Shown here: positions 38,349 to 48,115 of the stretch, one piece after another
How the letters are laid out: each line of letters opens with the position of its first letter
How positions within the stretch are numbered: the first letter of the stretch is position 1
Source: Candidatus Latescibacterota bacterium
GTDB taxonomy: Bacteria > Latescibacterota > UBA2968 > UBA8231
Length of the DNA: 64,000 bases
NCBI GenBank assembly: GCA_965208105.1
Contig: OZ242318.1
Coordinates: 224,001-288,000 of the forward strand
Direction of reading: 5' to 3'
Notes under the pieces: model-generated
What the model was told of the DNA's origin: nothing
What the model saw: the letters and a program-made list of their open reading frames with translations, nothing else
Database searches by the model: none
Made by a program: the position numbers and the translations under genes

Positions 38349-41141
38349 ATGACTGTTGCGGCAGAACCACAGGCAGCCGCGTCGGCGGAGGTTTCCTCCA
38401 TGACCCTGGACGGCGAGGAAGTGAACTTTGCCGCCGGTGAGACCGTTTTCGAGGTCGCCGAGCGCTCCGGCCGGGAGGTTCCCACCCTGTGCTACGATCC
38501 CCGGCTCGAGCCCCTGGGCAGCTGCAGGCTGTGCGTCGTCGAGGTCGAAGGCTCCCGCGCTCCGGTGGCTTCGTGCACCACCCGGGCAACCCCGGGGATG
38601 GTGGTGCGCACCTCCTCCGACACCCTCGAGAAGCACCGCCGGATTCTTCTGGAGATGGTGGTATCCGAAAACCGCGAGGTGGACGTGGATCCCCTGCGCG
38701 GCTATGCCTCCCAGGAGCTCAAGACCCTGGTGGACCAATACGAAGCGCGCACCGGACGCTTCGGCGGGGCCCGTTCAGGCGCCACCCGGGAAGCGGACGA
38801 CAACCCGTTCATCCTGCGCGACTACGACCTCTGCATTTCCTGCAACCGCTGCGTCCGCGTGTGTGCCGAGCAGGAGGGAGACCACGCCATCAACATCATG
38901 AACCGCGGTTTCCACACCCGGATCACCACCGAGTTCGACGGCCTCCTGAAGGACTCGGCCTGCACCTTTTGCGGCCAGTGCGTGCAGACCTGCCCCACCG
39001 GCGCCCTGGCCGACAGAAAGGCCATGCGCGCGGCCGCCGTTCCGGGCCCCATCGAGAAGACCAGGACCATCTGTCCCTACTGCGGGGTCGGATGCTCGGT
39101 GGACCTGCTCAGCAAGGAAGATCGCCTGGTCGGGGTCCACCCCGCCATGGACGGCCCGGCCAACCTGGGAGCTCTCTGCATCAAGGGCCAGTTCGCCTTC
39201 GATTTCGTGCAGCACTCCGACCGCCTCAAGACCCCCCTGCTGCGCGGCGAGGACGGCGAGCTGCACGAGGCGGGTTGGGACGAGGCCCTGGATCGGGCGG
39301 CGGAAGGATTCCGCCGGGCCTGCGCGGAGCACGGCCGCCACAGTATCTACGGGGTGGCCTCGGGGCGCGCCCCCAACGAGGCGGCCTACGTAATGCAGAA
39401 GTTCATCAGAGCGGGGTTCGGCACCCACCAGATAGACAACTGCAGCCGTGCCTGACACGCTCCCACGGTTGCCGGTCTGGCAGCCACCATCGGACGCGGT
39501 GCCATGTCGAACCCCATGGCCGACATGGAAAAAGCGGATATGATCTTCTGCATCGGGACGAACATGACCGAGTGCCACCCGGTCGCCGCCACCCGGATCA
39601 AGAAGGCGATCAAACGCGGCGCCACCATGGTGGTGGCCGACCCCCGCCGCATTCCACTGGCCGAACTCGCCGATCTATACCTGCCGATCCGGGTGGGATC
39701 GGACGTGGCCTTGCTGCTGGGGATGGCCCACGTGATCGAGCGCGAGGGACTGATGGACGAGGCCTTCATGGCCGAGCGCACCACGGCTACGGAAGAATTT
39801 CTCGAGCACGTCAGGAAATTCCCTCCCGAGTGGGCACAGGAGATCACCGAAGTGCCGGCGGCCGACATAGAGAGGACCGCGCTGTGGTACGGCCGCGCCG
39901 AAAGGAGCGGCATCTACTACACCCTGGGAATCACCGAGCACATCTGCGGCGTCGACAACGTCCAGAGCCTGTGCAACCTGGCGCTCATGACCGGCAACGT
40001 GGGGCGCGAGGGCACCGGGATCAACCCCCTGCGCGGCCAGAACAACATCCAGGGCGCCGGCGACAGCGGGGCGGTTCCATCCAACTATCCCGGTTTCCAG
40101 CCGGCCTCGGACCCCGAGGCCCAGGCCAGGTTCACCCGGCTTTACGGCAAGAAGATCGAGTGCGAGAACGGCATCACCAAGGTCCAGGCCCTGGAGCGCT
40201 GCGGCGAGCAGATCCGCGCCATGATCATCGACGGCGAGAACACCCTGATGTCGGACCCCGACCGCAAGCACTGCGAGCACGCCCTGCGCAGTCTCGACCA
40301 CCTGGTGGTCATCGACAACTTCCTCACCGAGACTGCGCGCCTGGCGGACGTGGTGCTGCCGGCCACGTCCTGGGGCGAGACCGACGGGGTGTGCACCAAC
40401 ACCGAGCGCCGGGTGCAGCGCCTGCGCGCCGCGGTGAAGCCCCCCGGCGAGGCGCGGCCCGACTGGTGGATCGTCTCCCAGATCGCGCGCAGGCTGGGCT
40501 TCGACGGTTTCGAGTACGGGGAGGCGAAGGAGGTGTTCAACGAGCTGTGCAGCCTTTCTCCCATCTACGCCGGGCTCGACTGGGAGCGCATCGACAAGGG
40601 CGCCTACCACTGGCCCGTTCCCCATGCAGACCACCCCGGCACGCCCATGTTGCACGAGGGCAGGTTCAGAAACGGGCGCGGCATCTTCAAGGTCATAAAC
40701 TACCGCGACCCGGCCGAGACCATCAGCCCCGACTTCCCGGTCTGGCTCACCACGGGAAGGCGGCTGCAGTCCTACCACACCCGGACCCAGACCGGCCGCG
40801 CACAGGGAATCGATTACTTTCTGTCGGAGGAGTCCCTCGAGGTCCATCCCGGGGACGTGGAGGCCTGGGGGCTGAAGGACCAGGGCTGGTGCCGCCTGTC
40901 CAGCCGCCGCGGATCGGTGCAGATCAAGGTCAGGGCCACCAGGCGCTCGCCGCGGGGCACTGTATTCACCAGTTTCAGTTTCAGCGACGTGCCCATCAAC
41001 ATCCTGACAGGCTCGGGCTACGACCCCATAACCTTCACCGCCGAGTTCAAGGTCTGTCCGGTGCGCATCGAGGCGCTGGGGGCGGCGGGGGAGCAGGGGG
41101 GTGCTGACCCGGAAGGGGCAGTTGTGGGCCAGGGCCAGTAG
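38349..41141 (+). CDS. fdhF: Selenocysteine-containing formate dehydrogenase alpha subunit (~930 aa, Sec at UGA 39453-39455)
   Basis: ORFs 38349-39455 and 39504-41141 are in the same frame; DNCSRA-U-HAPTVAGL matches the FdhF active site; Fe-S motifs, CPYCGVGC, LRGQNNIQG; SECIS follows. Confidence 0.93.
39453..39485 (+). promoter_or_regulatory. Bacterial SECIS element
   Basis: UGA, 11 nt, then stem GGUUGCC / loop GGUCU / GGCAGCC, closely resembling the E. coli fdhF SECIS upper stem-loop. Confidence 0.88.
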
Positions 41142-41161
41142 GACCGGAGGGAGCAACGGGA

Positions 41162-41974
41162 ATGAGTGATCTCGGAAAATCCAGAGGAAGAAGGCCGGTG
41201 ACTGCAGCCGCCATTTTCCTGCTGTTGAGCCTGGCCGCAGCGCCGGCCCTGGCCGGCCTCGTCGGCGAGGAGGTGGAGTACGGGGAAGGCGACACCGTGC
41301 TGAGGGGCTACCTGGTCTACGACGCCGGCATCGAGGGCGAACGCCCCGGCGTCCTCGTCGTCCACGAGTGGTGGGGGCTCAACGACCACGCCCGCAAAAA
41401 GGCCGACGATCTGGCGCGGGAAGGCTACATCGCCCTGGCCGTCGACATGTACGGGGAGGGCAAGACCACCGACCATCCCGGCCAGGCCGGGGAGTGGTCT
41501 TCCCATATCCGCCAGAACAGTGAAATCGGCTCCGCCCGCTTCGAGGCCGCCCGCGGCTTGCTGCAGGAACACCCCTTGAGCGACGGCGACAGGTTGGCCG
41601 CCATCGGGTTCTGCTTCGGAGGCCATCTGGTCCTCACCATGGCCCAGAACGGCGCCGATCTGTTGGCGGTGGTCAGCTTTCACGGCTCCTTGCCCACGGC
41701 CGCCCCCGAAGCCGACACCATCAAGGCCAGGATCCTGGTCTGCCATGGGGCGGACGATCCCCTGATCTCCCGCGATCAGATCGGCCGCTTCCAGGACAAC
41801 ATGCGGGAGGCGGGCGCCGACTGGCAGTTCATCGCCTACGGCGGCGCCAGGCACAGCTTCACCAATCCCGCCGCCGACGCCCGCGGGGCGGCCGCCCTGG
41901 GCTACGATCCCGCCGCCGACCGGCGTTCCCGGGGCGCCATGCTCGCCCTCTTCGAGGAGGTTTTCGCCCAATGA
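41162..41974 (+). CDS. Dienelactone hydrolase family protein (signal peptide)
   Basis: VHEWWGLN, GFCFGG, SFHG, HGADDP, HSFT; N-terminal hydrophobic stretch ending ALA; start uncertain. Confidence 0.88.
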   Translation: MSDLGKSRGRRPVTAAAIFLLLSLAAAPALAGLVGEEVEYGEGDTVLRGYLVYDAGIEGERPGVLVVHEWWGLNDHARKKADDLAREGYIALAVDMYGEGKTTDHPGQAGEWSSHIRQNSEIGSARFEAARGLLQEHPLSDGDRLAAIGFCFGGHLVLTMAQNGADLLAVVSFHGSLPTAAPEADTIKARILVCHGADDPLISRDQIGRFQDNMREAGADWQFIAYGGARHSFTNPAADARGAAALGYDPAADRRSRGAMLALFEEVFAQ

Positions 41975-42116
41975 GGCTCCCGGGCAGACGCCGCTTCCGC
42001 GGGTGGACGCCGAGGATCTCCGGGGCGACAACCCTGGCGAAGGCCGAGGCCGCCTGCAGGGAGACGCTTTTCATCAGCCTCTCCGCTCTCCAACCCGTTA
42101 CAAGGTGATTACAGCG

Positions 42117-42884
42117 ATGCAATCAGTCTCCATTGCCATGACCGTCGACAGCAAGACCGGGTCCCGCGAGCGGGACATTGCCGTCGCCTCGGTGGCAGGC
42201 GCCCGCTTCTGCGCCCGCGACCTGGAGGGCACCCGCCGGGAGCTTGACGAAATCCTGCGGCGCGACGGACGCTATACCATGGCCACCCGAACCAATCCCT
42301 CCATCTTCCGTCTCGGCCGCTACCTGCTGACCCAGAACGCGGAATTCGAGGTGCAGGGGCCCATGACCGGGGGCGAGACCGAGGTGGTCGCCATCCGCAC
42401 CGAGGGCGGCGTTCTCATTTCCGTTGGCAGCGACCAGTGCGACCGCGAGCTCGACCCGCTCTTTCCCGACAAACCCAAGCAGATGTGCCCGCACCCCCTG
42501 GCGCGCAGGGCCTGGCCCTACGAGGAGGTCAGCCCCCACTGGGACGAGCTGCGGGTCTACAGCCACGTGGTCGTGGGGGACCACACCGTGCCCCTGCAGG
42601 ACAGCCCGGTCTCCGAGCTGGTGGAGCTGGAATACCTGCTGGCCATGGACGCCGTCAGGGAGCTTCCCGACCCCATGGTGCTCTACTGCGGCTGCGGCTC
42701 CTTCCTCGACTCGGTGGAAGCCGATGTCCGGCGCCTTGAGCTTCCCGCCGAGACCGCAATGGGAGTGGGAGACAGGTTTCTCGTTCGTCTCCACGACCCC
42801 GTCCTCGGCCGCAGCATCGAGCACGAGTTCCGTCCCGTTCCCCTGGGAGACGACCTGTCCCAGAGAAAAGCCTTCGACACCTGA
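42117..42884 (+). CDS. DUF2848-like (FAH-related) protein
   Basis: TGGETE, VGSDQCDRELD, KQMCPHP, W..EV..HWD, RLHDPVLGRSIEH. Confidence 0.6.
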   Translation: MQSVSIAMTVDSKTGSRERDIAVASVAGARFCARDLEGTRRELDEILRRDGRYTMATRTNPSIFRLGRYLLTQNAEFEVQGPMTGGETEVVAIRTEGGVLISVGSDQCDRELDPLFPDKPKQMCPHPLARRAWPYEEVSPHWDELRVYSHVVVGDHTVPLQDSPVSELVELEYLLAMDAVRELPDPMVLYCGCGSFLDSVEADVRRLELPAETAMGVGDRFLVRLHDPVLGRSIEHEFRPVPLGDDLSQRKAFDT

Positions 42885-42902
42885 CCTGAAAGGAGATTCC
42901 GC

Positions 42903-43658
42903 ATGCGCCTGAAAAACAAGGTGGCCCTGATCACCGGCGCCAGCGTGGGGATCGGGCGCCACACGGCGCTGCTCTTCGCCCGCGAGGGCGCCAGGGTGGC
43001 GGTCAACTCGCAGAGCTCCCGGGGAGAGGCGGTTGTCGAGGAAATCGCCGCCTCGGGGGGCGAGGCCCTCTTCGTCCGGGGCAGGGTGGAGGAGGAGGCG
43101 GACGCCCGGGCCATGGTGGCCAGGACAGTGGAGGAGTTCGGGCGCCTGGACATTCTGGTGAACAACGCCGGCATCGTGGTCCCGGACAACATGGAGAACG
43201 CCGGGGTCGAGGACTGGGAGAACACCATGGCGGTCAACGTCCGCGGCGTCTTCCTGATGTCGAAATTCGCCCTGCAGCAGATGCTGCGCCAGGGCGGCGG
43301 CGCCATCGTCCACAACGCGTCCGTCGCCGCGGTCAAGGGCCTGAAGGACCGCACCTCCTACACCGCCTCCAAGGGGGCGGTGGCGGCCTTGACCCGGGCC
43401 ATGGCCGTCGACTACGTCGGCCGCAACATCCGGGTCAACTGCGTCAATCCCGGCACCACCCTGACTCCCTCGCTGCAGGACAGGATCAACGCCTTCGACG
43501 ATCCCGTGGAGGCGGAAAAGATGTTCGTCTCGCGCCAGCCCATGGGGCGGCTGGGCAGGCCGGAGGAGATCGCCGCGGGGATTCTCTTCCTGGCAAGCGA
43601 CGAGGCTTCGTTCATCACCGGCCAGATCCTCAACATCGACGGCGGATTGACGGTATAG
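42903..43658 (+). CDS. Short-chain dehydrogenase/reductase
   Basis: TGASVGIG, NNAG, YTASKG, NPG, FITG. Confidence 0.93.
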   Translation: MRLKNKVALITGASVGIGRHTALLFAREGARVAVNSQSSRGEAVVEEIAASGGEALFVRGRVEEEADARAMVARTVEEFGRLDILVNNAGIVVPDNMENAGVEDWENTMAVNVRGVFLMSKFALQQMLRQGGGAIVHNASVAAVKGLKDRTSYTASKGAVAALTRAMAVDYVGRNIRVNCVNPGTTLTPSLQDRINAFDDPVEAEKMFVSRQPMGRLGRPEEIAAGILFLASDEASFITGQILNIDGGLTV

Positions 43659-43691
43659 CAGCCCGGGAGGACTTTTTCAACGGGCTGCCAG
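43656..43691. repeat. 31-bp short form of the copy-A-type element (copy B)
   Basis: TAG stop followed by CAGCCCGGGAGGACTTTTTCAACGGGCTGC; reverse complement of 11059-11089 and 31424-31454. Confidence 0.8.
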
Positions 43692-43728
43692 GCATCGGGG
43701 TCCAGCGCAACAGGCAGGAGGTAATGGG

Positions 43729-44853
43729 ATGAAGATTCGCGACCAGGGAGTAATCAACCGCGGCGAACCGGGCACGGCGCGGGCAATTTCCACCTTTCCC
43801 GGCCTCATTGCCCTCGCCGACGGCTCCCTGCTGGCCACCTACCGGGTCGGCAGCGGCAAGGACTCGGCCGACGGCACCCTCGAGCTGAGGCGCTCGGAGG
43901 ACGGCGGCCGGTCGTGGGGCGCGCCGGAGACTCCCTTCGCCACCAGCCTGAACGGGATGAAGGGATCGCTCAGAACGGGATACGTCACCGACCTGGGAGA
44001 CGGGCATCTGCTGCTCGTCGCCCTGTGGGTCGACCGCCAGACCTATCCGGGCATGCCCCTGTTCAACGAAGAAACGGAGGGATGCCTGCCCCTGGAGGTA
44101 GTAGTGGCCGACTCCCGCGACATGGGTCGCACCTGGTCCGGTTGGCGCGCCGTTCCCGTTGCGGCGGACGTGGGTCCACCCAGCCTCACCAACCCCGTGC
44201 TCGTTCTGGCCAGCGGACGTCTCGCCCTGAGCATCGAGTCGAACAAGACCTACCGGGACCGGGGACAGTGGCTGCAACGGGTGGTCTACCTGTATTCGGA
44301 CGACAGGGGCAAGACCTGGGGCGCAGCGCTCACCACCTGCCAGGACCCCAGCGGCCGCATCTTCAACTGGGACCAGCGCGCCGAGGTCTTCCCCGACGGC
44401 CGCGTGGCCACCTTCACCTGGACCTACGACAGCCAGGCCGCCCGCTACCTCAACATCCGGCGCCGCCTCAGCGCTGACGAAGGGGCCACCTGGACCGAAC
44501 CGGAAGATCTCGGGTTCGCCGACCAGGCCGCCCGTCCCGCCGTATTTCCCGACGGCCGCGTGGTCCTCGCCTGGGTCGACCGCTACCAATCGCGCTCCAT
44601 CCGCGCCCGCCTGGCGGTTGCGGCGGACGCCCCGTTTGCCGCGGCCACCGAGGTCGAGCTCTACCGCCATGCGGCCGACGGAAGCGGGGGCGCATCCGGC
44701 CCGGAGGACACCGGCGACCTGCTTGCCGAGATGGGCCTGTGGAGCTTCGGCCTTCCATTTGCGGCGGCCCTGCCCGACGGCGACGCCATGGTGGTCTACT
44801 ACGCCGGCGACCAGTCCTGCATGGAGGTGCGCTGGGCCCGTCTGGTCCCGTGA
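43729..44853 (+). CDS. BNR-repeat (Asp-box) sialidase-like protein
   Basis: SEDGGRSW, SRDMGRTW, SDDRGKTW, SADEGATW. Confidence 0.85.
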   Translation: MKIRDQGVINRGEPGTARAISTFPGLIALADGSLLATYRVGSGKDSADGTLELRRSEDGGRSWGAPETPFATSLNGMKGSLRTGYVTDLGDGHLLLVALWVDRQTYPGMPLFNEETEGCLPLEVVVADSRDMGRTWSGWRAVPVAADVGPPSLTNPVLVLASGRLALSIESNKTYRDRGQWLQRVVYLYSDDRGKTWGAALTTCQDPSGRIFNWDQRAEVFPDGRVATFTWTYDSQAARYLNIRRRLSADEGATWTEPEDLGFADQAARPAVFPDGRVVLAWVDRYQSRSIRARLAVAADAPFAAATEVELYRHAADGSGGASGPEDTGDLLAEMGLWSFGLPFAAALPDGDAMVVYYAGDQSCMEVRWARLVP

Positions 44854-44909
44854 GGGGAGCACTGCTGATGCGGCAATCGCCGCCTAAAACGGAAGAAGGA
44901 GGCCGTTCC

Positions 44910-45704
44910 ATGACCCTGAAGAACCCCCGCCGTCTCACCACCGCACAGGTGGAGCGCTTCCGCCTGGACGGCTGCCTCAGCGTGGAGGACGTGCTGACCG
45001 AGGACGAGGTGGCCGCCCTGGGACAGCACGCCGACCGCATCGCCGCCGGGGAGCTGGACCACATTCCCGGAGACAGCATCCAGCTCGAACCCGTTTTCAG
45101 CCGCGGGGAAAAGGCAGTCGACGACAAGGTGCTGTCGGTGCGCAAGCTGTTCAAGCTGGCGGCCTACGACGAGGTGATGTGGGCCCACGCCACCCATCCC
45201 AAGATAGCCGACATGGCCGCCGACCTGCTCGGCACCGATGACATCAAGCTCTACAGCGACCAGCTCTTCATGAAGGGCCCGCGCACCGGCAGCGCCCAGG
45301 TGTGGCACCAGGACTCGGCTTCCTGGCGCGATATCCTCCCCATGGACCTGGTCACCGCATGGACCGCCATCGACGCGGCCACGGTGGACAACGGCTGCCT
45401 CAACTTCGCCATCGGCACCCATCGCTGCGGCCTGTTGCGCGGCGAGCGACTCCATCCTTTCGTCGCCGACCTGGAGAGCGGCCTGTGGCCCGTGCGGTCA
45501 GCTCCCCTGCGCCCCGGAGGCGTCAGCTTCCACCACAGCCTCACTCTGCACCAGAGCAACGCCAATCGCAGCGGCAGGCGGCGCAGGGGCTACGCGGTGC
45601 ACTACATGCGCGCCAGCTCCTGGCGCGACCACAGTGTAACCGGCGTGCCGAAAGTGCCTCCCTTCAGGCAAGTGAGAGGGCGTTCCTTTCCCGGTAGGGT
45701 ATAG
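44910..45704 (+). CDS. PhyH family dioxygenase
   Basis: WHQD, NGCL, FHHSLTLH, RRRGYAVHYM; AAGGAGG RBS. Confidence 0.88.
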   Translation: MTLKNPRRLTTAQVERFRLDGCLSVEDVLTEDEVAALGQHADRIAAGELDHIPGDSIQLEPVFSRGEKAVDDKVLSVRKLFKLAAYDEVMWAHATHPKIADMAADLLGTDDIKLYSDQLFMKGPRTGSAQVWHQDSASWRDILPMDLVTAWTAIDAATVDNGCLNFAIGTHRCGLLRGERLHPFVADLESGLWPVRSAPLRPGGVSFHHSLTLHQSNANRSGRRRRGYAVHYMRASSWRDHSVTGVPKVPPFRQVRGRSFPGRV

Positions 45705-45718
45705 ACTTCCGCGGGGGG

Positions 45719-46789
45719 TCAACCGCTTTCGCCCGACCAGTAGTCCACCGCGTCGGCGCGGCGGAAGATGCCCTGGCCGCCCAGGGCCCGAACGCCGGCC
45801 TTGGCGGAATCGGGATACTGGACCACCTCGTGGGGGAGGACGTTGCTCAGAGCCAGCAGCACGCAGGCCTGCCGGCCCTGGTTGGTGAATTTGTGGGCGC
45901 CGCGGGGACCGGGGGGAAAGGCGATGAAGTCCCCCGGCTCCAGGTCCAGCGGTCCGCGGGGGCCGGTCAGGGTGCAGGTCCCTTCGAGGACCTGGAACAT
46001 TTCCTCCTCGAAGTGGTGGAAGTGCAGCGGGAAGGTGGACATGCCCGGGGGCAGGCGGATGAGGCGGTAGCCCAAGTGCCGGCCGCCGATGAGCGGGTCG
46101 ATGTCCCTGGTCTCCCAGCGATAGCCCTCCGCTCCCTCCCAGGGAGTCCAGGGAATATCCTCCACGTTGATCCGGTTGATGTAGATATCCCTCCGCTGCT
46201 CCAGGCATTCGAGCAACAGCCGGCGGGCGTCGCGCAGAATCGAGTGGCCGTCTCCCACCAGCATGGCGTCGAAGTCGAGCTGCAGCAGTTTGCGCAGGCC
46301 CAGGGCGGCTTTCGGAGGATCGGCGAGCTTGGGGTCGGGCAGCAGGCTGAGGCGGCCAACGGGCGCCCCCACCACCAGGTCGCCGGAAAGGACCAGCTTG
46401 AGGGCAGGCCAGAAGAGGGCGATTTCTCCCGGACTTTTGCCATGCTCCAGGTGCACCGCCTGGAGCCCGGGGACGATTTCCTCGCCGTCGTCCAGGAGGC
46501 GGTCCGGCGGCCGGTCGAAGAGGCCGGCGTCGGCGCTGTGGGCGGCGATGCGGGCGCCGCTGCGGTCCTTGAAGAAGGCGGCTTCGCGTTCGTGGTCGCG
46601 GTTGGTGAGAACGATCCAGGCGGCACCGCCCAGTTGGTCGAATTGCTCCAGATCCTCGGCGGCCATGGGCACCGGATCGATGAGGACGTTGCCCTGGTCG
46701 CGCACCCAGAGATGGCCGTTGAAGTCGATCTGGCGCTCCTGGCTGAAGATGGACCAGGAGTAGAAGTTCTCACATGCTATTTCCTTCAT
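45719..46789 (-). CDS. Metallo-beta-lactamase-fold + cupin fusion protein
   Basis: N-terminal VLIDP, LTNRDHERE, GKSPGE, SGD, GDG; C-terminal cupin PLHFHHFEEE..GDFIAFPPG..AHK. Confidence 0.75.
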   Translation of the reverse strand: MKEIACENFYSWSIFSQERQIDFNGHLWVRDQGNVLIDPVPMAAEDLEQFDQLGGAAWIVLTNRDHEREAAFFKDRSGARIAAHSADAGLFDRPPDRLLDDGEEIVPGLQAVHLEHGKSPGEIALFWPALKLVLSGDLVVGAPVGRLSLLPDPKLADPPKAALGLRKLLQLDFDAMLVGDGHSILRDARRLLLECLEQRRDIYINRINVEDIPWTPWEGAEGYRWETRDIDPLIGGRHLGYRLIRLPPGMSTFPLHFHHFEEEMFQVLEGTCTLTGPRGPLDLEPGDFIAFPPGPRGAHKFTNQGRQACVLLALSNVLPHEVVQYPDSAKAGVRALGGQGIFRRADAVDYWSGESG

Positions 46790-46817
46790 GGCGAATGCCC
46801 TCGGGGAAACACACCAT

Positions 46818-47603
46818 TCACAAGCAGGACTGCACCAGGTCCCGCGCCCGCATCAACTCCTCGCGGGTGCGGTAGTATTCGAGAACGAAATAGGGCGCCG
46901 GGGCGTATTCCCGCAGCGCCCCGATATAGGCCGGGTAGTCCAGGCGTCCGGCCCCGGCCGGTCCGTAGCCGGCCACCTCGCCGTTCTCGCCGAAGCGCGC
47001 GTCCTTGCCGTGGGCGATGGCGATGTGGGGGCCCAGGGTGCGCACCGCGCGCACCAGCGGGGTGCGGTCGGGGGCGAAGTTGGCCGCGTCCATGCAGACC
47101 TTGAGAGCGGCCGATCCCACCCGGTCCCGCACCCGCAGGAAGCGCTCGGCTCCGTCGATGGTTCCCCCCCTGGTTATCTCCACCGCGAGGGAGACCCCGG
47201 CCGTTTCAGCCGCCGCGCAGGCCCTGGCCAGCCCCTGGCACAGCCCCTCGAACAGCGCCCCGTCGTCGACCCCTTCTTCAGGATACTCGGAGGGATGCCA
47301 CACCAGCACCGGCTCCGGGTTGTCGCCGAAACGGCCGGCGAGGACCGCGGTCTTGCCGAGGCAGCGCACCAGCCGCGTAACCTCTTCCCGGACCTCTCCC
47401 CGGGGGCCAACCAGGCCCGCGTGCAGGGTCATGGCCGCCAGGGAGACCTGGGCGGCCTCCAGCACCTGATCCACCTCGTCCGGGGCGGGGTCGTCGGCCT
47501 CCCCGTCGAGTCCGGCGCCGAAGAACATCTGCACCGCCTCGAAGCCCTCTGCCCTCAGCTGCGCCGGCGGCAGCAGGTCTCCCTGCATCATTCCAAGTTT
47601 CAC
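46818..47603 (-). CDS. Sugar phosphate isomerase/epimerase (xylose-isomerase-like TIM barrel)
   Basis: LAVE, CMDAAN, AHGKD, GRLDY, VLE; GTG start after AAGGAG. Confidence 0.8.
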   Translation of the reverse strand: MKLGMMQGDLLPPAQLRAEGFEAVQMFFGAGLDGEADDPAPDEVDQVLEAAQVSLAAMTLHAGLVGPRGEVREEVTRLVRCLGKTAVLAGRFGDNPEPVLVWHPSEYPEEGVDDGALFEGLCQGLARACAAAETAGVSLAVEITRGGTIDGAERFLRVRDRVGSAALKVCMDAANFAPDRTPLVRAVRTLGPHIAIAHGKDARFGENGEVAGYGPAGAGRLDYPAYIGALREYAPAPYFVLEYYRTREELMRARDLVQSCL

Positions 47604-47767
47604 CTGTCGCTCCTTGTCGTTGGCCGCCCGCACACGCGGGAGCGAGCGGAGAGGGTGGAACTCCCGTGGGCAAATGGATAGGCATCCGCTCCTGCCCTGT
47701 CAATGAGAGGGAGAATGGAGTAGATTTGCCCCTGCCGGAATTTTCCGCATTCCGAGGAGAGCCTGCC

Positions 47768-48030
47768 GTGCTTTTCACCACCGCCCAGATCGAGTACTAC
47801 AGAACCCGGGGCTACGTGTCCGGTCCGCGGGTCCTGTCCGCCGGGCAGGTGGAGGTGCTCAAAGAACGCATCGACGACATTCTCCGCGGCGCGGCTATGC
47901 CATGCACCTCATGCCCGGCCACACCCGGCGCCTGGGCGACAACTGGAACGAGCGCATGGGCGATGTCGAAACCGTGGGTGTAGGCGAGATTGTCCGGGAC
48001 CGGACTACCCGGAGCTGGTAGCGGTGTGAA
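47768..48030 (+). pseudogene. PhyH pseudogene with a large internal deletion
   Basis: RBS+GTG, N-terminus LFTTAQIEYYRTRGY..IDDILRG joined out of frame at CCGCGGC (~47884) to C-terminus PRRGYAMHLMPG... Confidence 0.75.
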
Positions 48031-48115
48031 AGGCTTTTCCTGGGGGAAGAAGAGGTGGGGTGCCGCCTGCTGGGGCAGAAGGGCGACGCCCGGCCTCCTT
48101 GCGGGACCGGGCAGG

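Noticed and set aside
38489-41107. 872-aa alternative-frame ORF spanning the FDH UGA
   Set aside because: Arg/Pro/Gly-rich off-frame translation; Sec readthrough explains the locus without a frameshift
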